Shown in pieces: positions 45,782 to 56,100 of a stretch of DNA of 64,000 bases. Origin of the DNA: an uncultured Eubacteriales bacterium (GTDB taxonomy: Bacteria; Bacillota; Clostridia; Oscillospirales; CAG-272); assembly GCA_934393265.1 (NCBI GenBank), contig CAKRQL010000004.1, positions 211,225-275,224 on the forward strand, in the 5' to 3' direction. How positions within the stretch are numbered: the first letter of the stretch is position 1; every line of letters begins with the position of its first letter. Both the position numbers and the translations under genes were made by a program. Below the pieces are notes generated by a model. It ran no database searches. It saw nothing but the letters and a program-made list of their open reading frames with translations, and was not told the DNA's origin.

Positions 45782-47058
45782 ACTCCGACTTCCCCGCTCT
45801 CCGGAAGTATATATTTCTTATAGAGCCCGGCTCCGCGCTCGTCAAGCGTCGCGTAAATCAAAGTGCCGTTGTCTCTGTACTCGCGGCTCCTGACGCTGTA
45901 TTCCTTGTAAAGAGCATTTAGCTTTCCGTCCGCTCCGTAAGGAAAAAGCAACGCATATTCACGTTTTCCGGCACATACGGTCATATCTATGAGTTTGAGA
46001 AGCAGGTCTGCCCCTATACCGTTTGCGGCGGATATCGCCACCGCATGCTTTTCCGGTATAAGGCAGCTGACACCGCCCACGAGGTCGCATTTATTATAAA
46101 CATGAATAATCGGCTTGTCCGATGCTCCGAGCTCCTTTATAACATCGAGCGTCACGGCATTGTGCTCCTCCGCCTCCGGATCGGATATGTCAGTAACTAT
46201 CATGAGTATATCGGCATATCGGACCTCGTCGAGCGTGGATTTGAACGCTTCAACGAGATGATGCGGAAGTTTGCGTATAAAGCCTACGGTATCTGTAAGC
46301 AATACGCTCTCACCGGACAGAAGCTCAAGCCGCCTCGTTGTCGGGTCGAGGGTCGCAAACAGCTTGTCCTCCGACAATACTCCGGCATCTGTCAGGAGAT
46401 TAAGCAGCGTTGATTTTCCGGCATTGGTATATCCGACTATCGCAATCTTTTTGAGTCCGCTGCGGTCTCTCTGCGAACGCATGACCGCCCTGTTATGCTC
46501 AAGCTCGGTAAGTCTTGCGCGGAGTGTTGATATTCTCTCATGCAAATGCCGTCTGTCTGTTTCAAGCTTGCTCTCTCCCGGTCCGCGCGAACCTATCCCT
46601 CCGCCCTGTCTCGAGAGCTCGGCTCCGTGTCCTGTGAGCCGCGGTGCGCTGTATTTCAGCTGTGCGAGCTCTACCTGCAGCTTTCCCTCTCCGCTCGTGG
46701 CGTGCATGGCAAAAATGTCGAGTATAAGCATACTGCGGTCTATAACTCTGACATCGCCTATATCATTTTCAAGATTCTTTATCTGCGACGGCGAAAGCTC
46801 AAAGTCAAAGACAACAAGCGGTATTCCGTAATCGGTACACAGTCTGCGCACCTCGGCAACCTTTCCGCTCCCGATACATGTTCTCGGGTCGAAGCTGTCT
46901 TTTATCTGTATCACCCGCGCAAATGTGCTGCCGCCGGCTGTGGAAAGCAAACGCTCAAGCTCGTCAAGCGAACGCTCGCATTCCGGGAGTTGCTGTGTGC
47001 TCTCCGCTACGGAAACAAGGACGGCGGGGGTACCGTCGGCGTATATTATATTTGACAT
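45778..47058 (-). CDS. hflX: GTPase HflX
   Basis: HflX N-terminal domain, coiled-coil linker, G1 IVGYTNAGKSTLLN, G3 DTVGF, G4 NKCD. The stop overlaps the yigZ start by 4 nt. Confidence 0.9.
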   Translation of the reverse strand: MSNIIYADGTPAVLVSVAESTQQLPECERSLDELERLLSTAGGSTFARVIQIKDSFDPRTCIGSGKVAEVRRLCTDYGIPLVVFDFELSPSQIKNLENDIGDVRVIDRSMLILDIFAMHATSGEGKLQVELAQLKYSAPRLTGHGAELSRQGGGIGSRGPGESKLETDRRHLHERISTLRARLTELEHNRAVMRSQRDRSGLKKIAIVGYTNAGKSTLLNLLTDAGVLSEDKLFATLDPTTRRLELLSGESVLLTDTVGFIRKLPHHLVEAFKSTLDEVRYADILMIVTDISDPEAEEHNAVTLDVIKELGASDKPIIHVYNKCDLVGGVSCLIPEKHAVAISAANGIGADLLLKLIDMTVCAGKREYALLFPYGADGKLNALYKEYSVRSREYRDNGTLIYATLDERGAGLYKKYILPESGEVGV

Positions 47059-47073
47059 ATAATCACCTCCAGC

Positions 47074-47122
47074 TGAAAATAAGAAAAGGAGCGAGGATAA
47101 AGAAAGCTATCCGTCGCTCCTT
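47074..47122 (-). terminator. Intrinsic terminator after rpmE
   Basis: AAGGAGCGA (47087-47095) pairs with TCGCTCCTT (47114-47122). The minus-strand transcript continues into UUUUCUUAUUUU. Confidence 0.7.
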
Positions 47123-47136
47123 CTTTCTGACAACGA

Positions 47137-47340
47137 TTACTTCGTTGCCGCAAGACGCTTCTTGAACTTGTCAACACGCCCGCCCGCATCTACGAACTTC
47201 TGCTTACCTGTATAAAAAGGATGGCACTTCGCGCAGATTTCAACATTCATATCACCCTTTACGGAATGAGTCTTAACGGTCGCGCCGCAAGCGCACTTGA
47301 TGGTAGCCTCTTTGTATTCGGGATGTATTCCTTGCTTCAT
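47137..47340 (-). CDS. rpmE: 50S ribosomal protein L31 (Cys-containing type A)
   Basis: [11 protein letters not shown]...CACG...[12 protein letters not shown]; 67 aa. Confidence 0.95.
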   Translation of the reverse strand: MKQGIHPEYKEATIKCACGATVKTHSVKGDMNVEICAKCHPFYTGKQKFVDAGGRVDKFKKRLAATK

Positions 47341-47382
47341 TTTAACACCTCATGACATAGTGAAATCATTTCATTACGACTA

Positions 47383-47411
47383 ATTATATCATAGCTTTTT
47401 TTGTTTTGCAA
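47383..47411 (-). promoter_or_regulatory. Sigma-A-type promoter for rpmE
   Basis: On the minus strand: -35 TTGCAA, 17-nt spacer, extended -10 TGaTATAAT. Confidence 0.55.
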
Positions 47412-47428
47412 TAGTTTCGGCGAAAAAA

Positions 47429-48139
47429 TCATATTTTTTCTTCTATTTTTTTGCGCAAACGACACATTATCTTCTTTTCAAGCCGCGAAATGTAGCTCTG
47501 TGATATTCCGAGCTCGTCTGCGACCTCTTTCTGTGTCATCTCTTCTCCTCCGGAAAGACCGTAGCGCATGTCTATTATGACCTGCTCACGCTCTGAAAGA
47601 CCGGCGACAGCCTCGCGAAGAATTTTTTTCTCCTCTGCGTCCTCCATTTCCCGGAACACGGAATCCGGCTCAGAGCCCAGGACATCCGACAAAAGAAGCT
47701 CATTGCCATCCCAGTCGACGGACAGCGGCTCATCTATCGATATTTCCCTCTTCTGCTGTGAGCGACGGCGTATGAACATCAGTATTTCATTTTCTATACA
47801 TCTTGATGCGTAGGTGGCAAGGCGGATGTTCTTCTCCGAATTGAAGCTGCCGATAGCCTTCACAAGCCCGACTGTACCGATAGATACGAGCTCCTCTATA
47901 CCGACGCCTGTATTCTCAAATTTCTTTGCTATATACACAACGAGGCGCAGATTATGAACGATAAGCGCGTCGCGCCCCGCCGGAGTGCCGATAGCCTCTA
48001 TCATTTTTTCTTCTTCCGCAGCAGTAAGCGGAGGCGGAAGCGTCTGCTCTCCGTTAACATAATAAACCTCGCCGCCGTTATGGCGGATGCGCGCCAGAAG
48101 GCGCAGAAAGAACAATCTTATCTTCCGTATAATACTCAT
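47429..48139 (-). CDS. sigE: Sporulation sigma factor SigE (pro-sigma-E)
   Basis: Pro-sequence followed by EVYYVNGEQTLPPPLT, NLRLVVYIAKKFENTGVGIEELVSIGTVGLVKAI, LATYASRCIENEILM and GISQSYISRLEKKI, closely following B. subtilis SigE. Overlaps the spoIIGA stop by 4 nt. Confidence 0.9.
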   Translation of the reverse strand: MSIIRKIRLFFLRLLARIRHNGGEVYYVNGEQTLPPPLTAAEEEKMIEAIGTPAGRDALIVHNLRLVVYIAKKFENTGVGIEELVSIGTVGLVKAIGSFNSEKNIRLATYASRCIENEILMFIRRRSQQKREISIDEPLSVDWDGNELLLSDVLGSEPDSVFREMEDAEEKKILREAVAGLSEREQVIIDMRYGLSGGEEMTQKEVADELGISQSYISRLEKKIMCRLRKKIEEKI

Positions 48140-48981
48140 AAATCCATAACTGCGTGCGGCACAAGCGCGGGATAGCCGCCGTAGTCTCCCCCCTCTCTGT
48201 CTATTGCAATGGTTGCGCCTACTGCATGTGAGCAGACCGTTACTTCATCCGCGCGAAAGCCGTACAGAAGCATTGATGCCCCCACTTTCCGTATCGGTAT
48301 GAGCCGAAGCCTGCAGGTAAGCTCCGGTATGTTTTCCGCCTTCCCGAGTTCTTCCGCCCGTACTCCGGGAAACAGCCGCGCGGCGGCAATCGGCTTCAGA
48401 AGTATAACCGGCGACATATCCATGGGGTCGGTCAGGAGGTTTCCGGTATCTGTAAGTGCCTCAACCTCAAGCGTGCGGGCTCCGAGCCTTATTTTTACAC
48501 TCGCTGTACGCGCGGTGCCGTATGTGCGGAATGCGCATACGGCTATTCTGATAAGCGACAGTGCCAGAACTATCATCACAGAGAGAAGCAGAAATTTTCT
48601 GTTCCGTACACCGGAAAACGCCCCGCCACTCTTGAAAATACCGCTGTTATCGAGAATGCCGTAAACGAACCATACAGCACCGCCGAGCATGATATTGAAA
48701 AGCGCGAAGAAAAGACAGAAACGCACATATCGCCTTACCCCGGCTCTTCCTGTCACGATAACCGCACACAGAAGAAATGAGAGGAATGCGAGAGTATATG
48801 TAAGATGCGGGATGTCGGATATGAAAACGAAGCCGAGTGCAAGGAGCGCCCCGAGCGCGGCGGCGATCACAATTCTCTTCATGCCGCCGGGGAGCTTCGT
48901 CATTTTCGCCGCAAAGCACAGCGCTATCAGATCTATTGTGAAATTTATGAGAAAATATACATCGGCGTACAGCGTTTTCAT
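48136..48981 (-). CDS. spoIIGA: Sigma-E processing peptidase SpoIIGA
   Basis: MKTLYADVYFLINFTIDLIAL, 5 TM helices, and a C-terminal aspartic-protease region with ALTDTGNLLTDP. I prefer the start at 48981, after GGGGAGAAG. Confidence 0.85.
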   Translation of the reverse strand: MKTLYADVYFLINFTIDLIALCFAAKMTKLPGGMKRIVIAAALGALLALGFVFISDIPHLTYTLAFLSFLLCAVIVTGRAGVRRYVRFCLFFALFNIMLGGAVWFVYGILDNSGIFKSGGAFSGVRNRKFLLLSVMIVLALSLIRIAVCAFRTYGTARTASVKIRLGARTLEVEALTDTGNLLTDPMDMSPVILLKPIAAARLFPGVRAEELGKAENIPELTCRLRLIPIRKVGASMLLYGFRADEVTVCSHAVGATIAIDREGGDYGGYPALVPHAVMDL

Positions 48982-49016
48982 TTTCTTCTCCCCGGCGCTC
49001 TCTGTGCTTTGTATAC

Positions 49017-49049
49017 ATTCTATCACCGGGATGGCGCGGATATTGTCAC
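49017..49049 (-). promoter_or_regulatory. Candidate spoIIGA-sigE promoter with an over-long spacer
   Basis: On the minus strand: GTGACA (plus-strand 49044-49049), 21-nt spacer, TAGAAT (plus-strand 49017-49022). Confidence 0.35.
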
Positions 49050-49061
49050 ATAATGTATCCC

Positions 49062-49106
49062 GGAAAAAGAAAAGGAACGCCCACTGCAACGCAGCAAACG
49101 CTCCTT
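49062..49106 (-). terminator. Intrinsic terminator after the Mrp/NBP35 gene
   Basis: On the minus strand, AAGGAGCG pairs with CGTTCCTT (one G-U pair). Inner CTGC/GCAG hairpin, followed by UUCUUUUUCC. Confidence 0.65.
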
Positions 49107-49128
49107 ATGTTCGATTTTTTCTAAGATG

Positions 49129-49965
49129 TTACTCCGACTTTTCACCGGACAGTTTTTTTTCTATGATATCCGCCGCTGCATCAAGCGGCTCGCCCTCAAA
49201 GAGCTCTATTACGCCGGTATCGCAAAGGCGGGCATATCCCGGCTCTATCGGCAGCTTCGCCAAAACATCGGTCGAATGATTTCTTGCGAGAGCGTCAATG
49301 TTGCTCTCTCCGAACGGATAAATGACCTTGCCGCAGTCGGGGCACTTTATATAGCTGTAATTTTCGACAAATCCGAGAACTCTGACATTCATAAGTGCCG
49401 CCATGCTCACAGCCTTCTCAACTATCATCGAAACAAGCTCCTGCGGGCTCGTGACAATGACTATTCCGTCGAGCGGCAGGCTCTGAAAAACGGTGAGCGG
49501 CACATCGCCTGTTCCGGGCGGCATGTCGACAAACATATAATCCACATCCCCCCAGACAACCCCGCTCCAGAACTGTTTTACAGTTCCAGCAATAACAGGT
49601 CCCCGCCAGACAACAGGGCGGGTCTCCTCGTCCATTAAGAGGTTAAGGCTCATTACCTCTATACCGGTTTTCGTGAGTGCCGGGAACATACCGAGATCAT
49701 TTCCGCTGACGCTCCCGCACGCGAGTCCGAAGGCACGTGGGATTGAGGGTCCGGTTATATCGGCGTCAAGAATCGCCGTCCTGTACCCGCGCCGTCTCAT
49801 AGTCACTGCCAGCATAGAGGTTATGAGCGATTTTCCGACGCCGCCCTTTCCGCTGACAACACCTATGACATGCTTTACACTGCTCGCCGGGTTCTGTGGT
49901 TCCAAGAGAGATGCGCTACTGCACTTCTCCGAGCACGACGAACAATCATGAGAACATTCTGCCAT
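49129..49965 (-). CDS. Mrp/NBP35-family ATP-binding Fe-S cluster carrier
   Basis: Cys-rich N-terminus MAECSHDCSSCSEKCS, deviant Walker A VVSGKGGVGKS, and CPDCG. Confidence 0.9.
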   Translation of the reverse strand: MAECSHDCSSCSEKCSSASLLEPQNPASSVKHVIGVVSGKGGVGKSLITSMLAVTMRRRGYRTAILDADITGPSIPRAFGLACGSVSGNDLGMFPALTKTGIEVMSLNLLMDEETRPVVWRGPVIAGTVKQFWSGVVWGDVDYMFVDMPPGTGDVPLTVFQSLPLDGIVIVTSPQELVSMIVEKAVSMAALMNVRVLGFVENYSYIKCPDCGKVIYPFGESNIDALARNHSTDVLAKLPIEPGYARLCDTGVIELFEGEPLDAAADIIEKKLSGEKSE

Positions 49966-49983
49966 GTTTTATATCTCCGTTTT

Positions 49984-52296
49984 TTATATTGTATTTATTT
50001 TAATTTTTCCGTCGGCAACCGAGAGCCCGATTCCGGATATTGCCGTGGTGCTCTTTTCAATCAGTGCCGTGGCTATGCCGTCCTCAACATTGCGCTCGAT
50101 ATATCTGCGCATATTTCTTGCTCCGTACTTTTCGGAATAGGCTTCATGCGCGATAAAATCCGGCACCTCCGGCGTATATTTCAGAGCTATGCCGCGCTCT
50201 GCAAGGTGATCTGCGAGCCTTTTCAGCATAAGTCCCGCTATCCGCGACATATCGTTCTCGCCAAGGTGGCGGAAGGTAATTATCTCATCAATACGGTTCA
50301 GAAATTCCGGGCGCAGGAAATCAGCCAATGCGCGCTCCGTTCTGTCTTTCGTTACCCTCTCGCCGGACGAAGTGAAGCCGGACACCGCGCTGCTGCGCTC
50401 GCTGCCCGCGTTCGTCGTCATAATGATAACCGTATTCTCGAAGTTTACCGTTCTGCCCTGTGCATCGGTGATCTTTCCGTCGTCGAGAATCTGAAGAAGA
50501 ATATTCATTACATCCGGATGCGCTTTTTCTATCTCGTCAAAGAGGATAACAGCGTATGGGCGACGGCGTATCTTCTCCGTCAGCTGCCCCGCCTCGTCAT
50601 ATCCCACATATCCGGGAGGCGCACCTATTATACGCGATACGGCGTGTTTCTCCATAAACTCCGACATGTCAAGGCGGATAAGCGACTCAGGTTGCTTGAA
50701 GAGCTCATCCGACAAAACTTTCACAAGCTCGGTTTTACCGACGCCTGTGGGACCCGCGAATATCATCGAAACCGGGCTCGGACGGTCGGAAACTCCGGCG
50801 CGTTTTCTTCTTATGGCGCGCACAACCGCGCTGACCGCTTCATCCTGACCTATAACTCTTGCGGAAATACGATCGTAAAGCGTGTTTAGCTCCGTCAGCT
50901 CATCTGCCTGTATTTCCGTAGCCGGAATACCAGTCCATACCTCTATGACCTTCGCTATATCGTTCACTGTAACCGTAAGACCGCGGAGCACTTCGTCAAG
51001 CTCTTTATTCCGCTCTTCAAGCTTCATTGACTGCGCCTTTATTTCGGCAAGCGTCTGATAATTCGTCTCGGTCTGTCCCTCGCTCTTTTCTACAATCGCC
51101 TCGAGCTCTGCCTGCCTTTCCGCAAGCTTATTGATAAGCTTATCGTTCCTCCGACGCTCGTTAAGCTCCGGAGATGTGAGTGCGGTTCTCGCAGCCGCCT
51201 CATCTATAAGGTCTATCGCCTTATCCGGAAGAAATCTGTCGGTTATATATCTCTCGGAAAGAATTGCGGCAGCCCTTGCGGACTCCGCGGGTATTCTGAC
51301 GCCGTGGAATTTTTCATAATAACCTTTTATTCCGTTTATTATATCTATCGTATCGGCGACAGACGGCTCCGTGACCGTCACCGGCTGAAATCTGCGTTCC
51401 AGCGCGCTGTCCTTCTCTATATACTTGCGGTATTCCTTGAGCGTCGTTGCGCCTATTACCTGTATTTCGCCACGCGAGAGTGCCGGCTTTAACATATTTG
51501 CGGCGCTCATGCTTCCCTCTGAGTCACCTGCACCGACTATATTGTGAACCTCATCTATCATAAGGATAATATTTCCGGCGCTCTTTACCTCCTTTATGAG
51601 TCCGAGTATACGCGACTCAAACTGACCGCGGAACTGCGTCCCGGCGACAAGAGACGTAAGGTCGAGGAGCCATATTTCCGAATCTGCGAGCCGCTCCGGT
51701 ACCTTTCCGTCCACTATCCTCTGTGCGAGTGCCTCGGCTATCGCGGTCTTGCCGACTCCGGGCTCACCTATAAGACACGGATTATTCTTCTGTCTGCGGC
51801 AGAGTATCTGTATGACGCGGTCGGTCTCCCTCTCGCGCCCTATTAGTCTGTCCGTTTTCCCCTCTGCCGCCTTTTGGTTAAGGTTAGTGCAGTACATGGA
51901 AAGATATTTTTTCTCCGGCTGCTTTTTCTGGCTGTCGCTCTTTCCCTTCCCGGGATTCTTCTGCTGTCTGAAAGGAAAAGACGGAAGAGCTCCGAATAGC
52001 TTCTGAAAATCTATCGCAGGTGCCCCCCCGTCGTCCTGCGACTCTGACGGTGTGGCGTCGGGGTCCTGCTCCTGCCCGTCACCGGGAGCCATAAGGTCGG
52101 TCACCTCGTTTGATATATTTTCAATATCGTCATCGGAAATACCCATCTTTTTCAGTATATCGTCGACAGGCTTTATACCGAGCTCCTTGGCACAGACGAG
52201 GCAGAGCCCCTCATTCACTGATTTGCCGTTCTCAAGTCTTGTTATAAATACCACGGCGGGACGAATCCCGCATCTGGAACACTTCTGAATTTCCAT
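49984..52296 (-). CDS. clpE: Class-I Hsp100 ATPase of ClpE type (N-terminal zinc finger, two AAA+ modules)
   Basis: N-terminal C6-x2-C9-x22-C32-x2-C35, the ClpE-type CX2CX22CX2C. D1 Walker [13 protein letters not shown], a short coiled-coil M-domain, D2 Walker [13 protein letters not shown], and [14 protein letters not shown]. No Clp_N repeats. Confidence 0.85.
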   Translation of the reverse strand: MEIQKCSRCGIRPAVVFITRLENGKSVNEGLCLVCAKELGIKPVDDILKKMGISDDDIENISNEVTDLMAPGDGQEQDPDATPSESQDDGGAPAIDFQKLFGALPSFPFRQQKNPGKGKSDSQKKQPEKKYLSMYCTNLNQKAAEGKTDRLIGRERETDRVIQILCRRQKNNPCLIGEPGVGKTAIAEALAQRIVDGKVPERLADSEIWLLDLTSLVAGTQFRGQFESRILGLIKEVKSAGNIILMIDEVHNIVGAGDSEGSMSAANMLKPALSRGEIQVIGATTLKEYRKYIEKDSALERRFQPVTVTEPSVADTIDIINGIKGYYEKFHGVRIPAESARAAAILSERYITDRFLPDKAIDLIDEAAARTALTSPELNERRRNDKLINKLAERQAELEAIVEKSEGQTETNYQTLAEIKAQSMKLEERNKELDEVLRGLTVTVNDIAKVIEVWTGIPATEIQADELTELNTLYDRISARVIGQDEAVSAVVRAIRRKRAGVSDRPSPVSMIFAGPTGVGKTELVKVLSDELFKQPESLIRLDMSEFMEKHAVSRIIGAPPGYVGYDEAGQLTEKIRRRPYAVILFDEIEKAHPDVMNILLQILDDGKITDAQGRTVNFENTVIIMTTNAGSERSSAVSGFTSSGERVTKDRTERALADFLRPEFLNRIDEIITFRHLGENDMSRIAGLMLKRLADHLAERGIALKYTPEVPDFIAHEAYSEKYGARNMRRYIERNVEDGIATALIEKSTTAISGIGLSVADGKIKINTI

Positions 52297-52319
52297 AAAA
52301 TAATTTGCACCCTATCTGA

Positions 52320-53009
52320 TTAAAAACTGAACACAAAATCTATTGGATTGAATTTACGGAGGAAGTTGAAGAAAAATCCTCCCGAAAATCCAGTCGCCCA
52401 CTCCGCCTGTGAAACAGAGGGCAACCCCATTATAAATGTGAAAATAAGCGCTAAAAGCCATGCGATAAGAAATCCGAACGCACCGCTGACGATACAGCCG
52501 CATATTCTGTTAAGTATGCCGACAGCCCCACCGTCAAGCATCCTTGCAAGCAAGAAGAATACGAACCGTAAAATCAAGGAAAAAGCGAGCAAAAGCAGAA
52601 GAAAAGCTATTACAGAGGCAATTATCCTGACCACAGGGTGTGTAAGATTTTCCGTCAGCGCATCAATGAGCCCATCTGCGCCCGCCTCGCTTGCAATCTC
52701 GGAGACATCTATTCCGAAGAGCCCTGCCGCGAGCTTCAGCACCGTCGGTATCTCTCCGGCGGCATTTTCAACCGTCAGATCGGTACACTTTGTATTCATA
52801 TACTCCGATACCTCGGCGGCTACGGGCTCGTATATCACAGGCTCAACGACCGCCTCCGCAAACGGGACGGCAAGTGTATAAGCCAGAAAGACTGCCGCAA
52901 TGGCGCACACAGGCTTTGCCACCGTGCGTACAAATCCGCGCATTATTCCGATTATAAGACCGGCAAGCACTACTATTATCAGTACTGCGTCAACTATATA
53001 TGTCAGCAT
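52320..53009 (-). CDS. cvpA: CvpA-family membrane protein
   Basis: MLTYIVDAVLIIVVLAGLIIGIMRGFVRTV plus 4-5 TM helices. 23 nt upstream of clpE. Confidence 0.65.
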   Translation of the reverse strand: MLTYIVDAVLIIVVLAGLIIGIMRGFVRTVAKPVCAIAAVFLAYTLAVPFAEAVVEPVIYEPVAAEVSEYMNTKCTDLTVENAAGEIPTVLKLAAGLFGIDVSEIASEAGADGLIDALTENLTHPVVRIIASVIAFLLLLLAFSLILRFVFFLLARMLDGGAVGILNRICGCIVSGAFGFLIAWLLALIFTFIMGLPSVSQAEWATGFSGGFFFNFLRKFNPIDFVFSF

Positions 53010-53091
53010 ATTTTTACCTCTGTAAGGTTATCGGTTCGTGTAAAATGACGCGAAACCGCTATATATGTCGTTCGTTCATATTGCTTATAAT

Positions 53092-53120
53092 ATTATATAC
53101 GGCATATTTTGCAAAGTCAA
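53092..53120 (-). promoter_or_regulatory. Sigma-A-type promoter for cvpA-clpE
   Basis: On the minus strand: -35 TTGACT, 17-nt spacer, -10 TATAAT. Confidence 0.55.
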
Positions 53121-53127
53121 GGCGTTT

Positions 53128-56100
53128 TCAGTTAACGACTACATTTTTCTCCCCAAAGCGTGCGTGAAGTTTTGCAAGAAGCTCGTCATCGGCTCTCACG
53201 CTCACATCGCGCAGCATGAGATACCGCTTTGTATCCTCCGCAAAAATGACAACCTGAAGAGCACCGCCGTGGAGCGCAGAGCACCGCCGGATAAATGACA
53301 CCGCCGACTCTGTAACCGAGGGGACGCGTATATACAGCCGTCCCGCGCCCGGTTTTTGCGTCCCGCTTTCCACATTCTCCTTTTTCTCCTCCGTGCTACC
53401 GCTAGCCGGGAGAGACGGGGCCTCAGGAGGGAGGTTTCCGTTCTGGCGGAGGGGGGCGAGCGATGAGAGCATTACCCTCGGAGCCTCACCGTCCTCGGCA
53501 GATATGACGCCGTCTACAAGCACCGCATTCTCGGGGAAAAGCTCCTTTGCAAACTGTGAATACTGCCTTGCGAAAGCTATCACCTCAATTTCGCCGAGCT
53601 TGTCCTCAAGAGTAAAGAATGCCATTGTGTCACCCGACCTTGTAACCTTTGTGTGCTGCTCCGTGATTATTCCGGCTATTTTCACCTTTGCGCGGTCCCG
53701 CAGGCGCGAATTGGGGTCGCCGTCCGGGTTTTCGCTGAACGCCTCAAGTATCTCGCCTATGCCTGTCGTATTATGCCGCGCTATATCCTCCGAATATCCG
53801 TCTATCATATGACCGGAAAAATACATTCCGGAGCTCTCTTTTTCGAGAATGAGCAATTCCTTTGCGGAATATTCCGGCATGTCAGGATATTTATATGCCG
53901 GTCTCGCGCCGTCCTTGTGATGCACCTCCGCGACCGAAAACAAGTCCATCTGACCTGAGATGTTGTTTCTCATCCTCTCGTGCTCGGAGTCTATTATAGC
54001 TTCATATACCGCCATAAGAGATGAGCGCCTGTGACCAAGCGAGTCGAACACTCCGCACTTGATAAGCGACTCAACGGTGCGCTTATTTATATCGGAGGAG
54101 GACAGGCGCGCTGCAAAATCGTCAAACGAGGAAAACCGTCTCTTTGCACTCTCCTTTGCCACTGCCTCGGCGAACTGTTTTCCGACGCCGTTTATAGCCG
54201 TGAGCCCGAAGCGGATGTTGCCGCCGGCAACGGTAAAGTCTGCCCCACTCTCATTTATATCCGGCGGGAGGACGCGGACGCCGCATTTCTGCGCGTCGTC
54301 GATATACTCCTTTACCTTTACCCTGTCATTCAGTACGCTCGTCAGGAGTGCCGCATAATATTCTGCGGGATAATGTGCCTTCAGATACGCCGTTCTGTAT
54401 GATACTATTCCGTAAGCGGTTGCATGGCTCTTGTTGAAGGCGTAATTTGCAAACGACGCCATTTCATCAAATATTGCCTCTGCATCTCCCCGGGAGATAC
54501 CGTGCTCCGCACATCCGGATATAAAGCTGTCTCGCTCTGCCTGCATGGCAGACGCCTTTTTCTTTGCCATTGCGCGACGCACGACATCCGCGTGTGCATA
54601 GCTGTATCCTGCGAGCAGGCGGCAGATCTGCATAACCTGCTCCTGATATACGATACATCCGTAGGTCACATCAAGTACCCCGCGGAGCTCAGGTACACGG
54701 TAGACAGTTTCTTCCTTGCCGTGCTTGCGGCGTATGAATGTATCAATCGAGTCCATAGGACCCGGACGGTACAGTGCTATAACGGCTATGACATCCTCAA
54801 GCTCGGACGGCATAAGCCGTGTCAGAACCTGCTTCATACCTCCGGATTCCAGCTGAAACACGCCATCCGTCCGCCCGTCGCAAAGCAGGCGGAAGGTTTC
54901 CGCGTCATCCTTGGGGATACGGGTCACATCAAAGTCCGGTATTCTCTCGCGCACGCTTCTCTCCGCGTCGTGAATGACCGTCAGGTAGCGGAGCCCGAGG
55001 AAATCAAACTTCACAAGACCGAGCTTCGCATCCGTGTTCATATCGAACTGCGTTACGATGCCGGTTCCGCTGTAGGAAAGCGGGACATACGTATATGTCG
55101 GTTCCTTCGTTATGACAACGCCCGCCGCATGGGTAGACGCATGGCGCGGCATACCCTCGATTTCACGGGCTATATCCAGCATTTTCCGGACATTTTCGTC
55201 CTCAAGGTACAGCTTGCGCAATTCCTTTGACGAGAGCGCCTGTTCAAGAGTTATATCCGGCTCCCGCGGTATCATTTTCGCCACGGCGTCGACCTTTGAA
55301 TACGGTATATCGAGAGCGCGACCGACATCGCGCACTGCGGCGCGGGGTGCGAGAGTTCCGAATGTAACTATTTGCGCGACCTTGTCTTCACCGTACTTGC
55401 GCTTCACATAATCTATAACCTCCTCGCGGCGGATATAGCAGAAGTCTATATCAAAATCCGGCATTGAGACACGCTCGGGGTTCAGGAATCTTTCAAAAAG
55501 CAAGTCAAACTCAATAGGGTCTACATCGGTTATCCCTATGCAGAATGCAACGAGGCTTCCGGCTCCGGAGCCGCGCCCGGGTCCTACCGGGATGTCTTGC
55601 GACTTTGCATACGCTACAAAATCGGCAACTATCAAAAAATAGGCGTTGAAGCCCATTTTATCGACTACCGAAAGCTCGTATTCAAGTCTCTCTGTGTACT
55701 GTTCCCGCGCCCTGCCCGAGAGTGAGATTTTTCCGCATGCAATCCGTTCTTCAAGCCCGCGATAGGCATCGCGGCGCAACTTTTCCGCGTGCGTCATATT
55801 GCCCTCCGGCGTGAAATCCGGAAGATAGAGCTTATCGTAGGAAAAATCGAAATTGCATTTTTCGGCTATCTCTACGGTGTTCTCGACAGCACCGGGAAAC
55901 GCGCGGAACAGTTCTTCCATTTCTTCCGTCGATTTGAAGTAGTATTCATCGGTTTCAAATCCGAAAGGCTTTCCCTCAGCTACCGTATTGCCGGTCTGTA
56001 TGCACATCAGCGTCCCCTGTGTGTCGGCATCTGTTTTTTCTATATAGTGAACGTCATTTGTGGCAACCATCGGTATACCGTATTTATCGCTTATCTTGCG

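Noticed and set aside
49984-52296. The zinc-ribbon N-terminus on a two-ring Hsp100 looked at first like a novel ClpX-ZBD/ClpC fusion.
   Set aside because: The CX2CX22CX2C spacing is the described hallmark of ClpE from Bacillus and Lactococcus, so this is a known subfamily.
53101-53127. AGTCAAGGCGTTTTCAGT near the cvpA promoter, considered as a possible CtsR operator.
   Set aside because: The two halves (AGTCAAG and TTTCAGT) are not a direct heptad repeat of the GGTCAAA type. AGTCAA is simply the -35 hexamer of the opposite strand.
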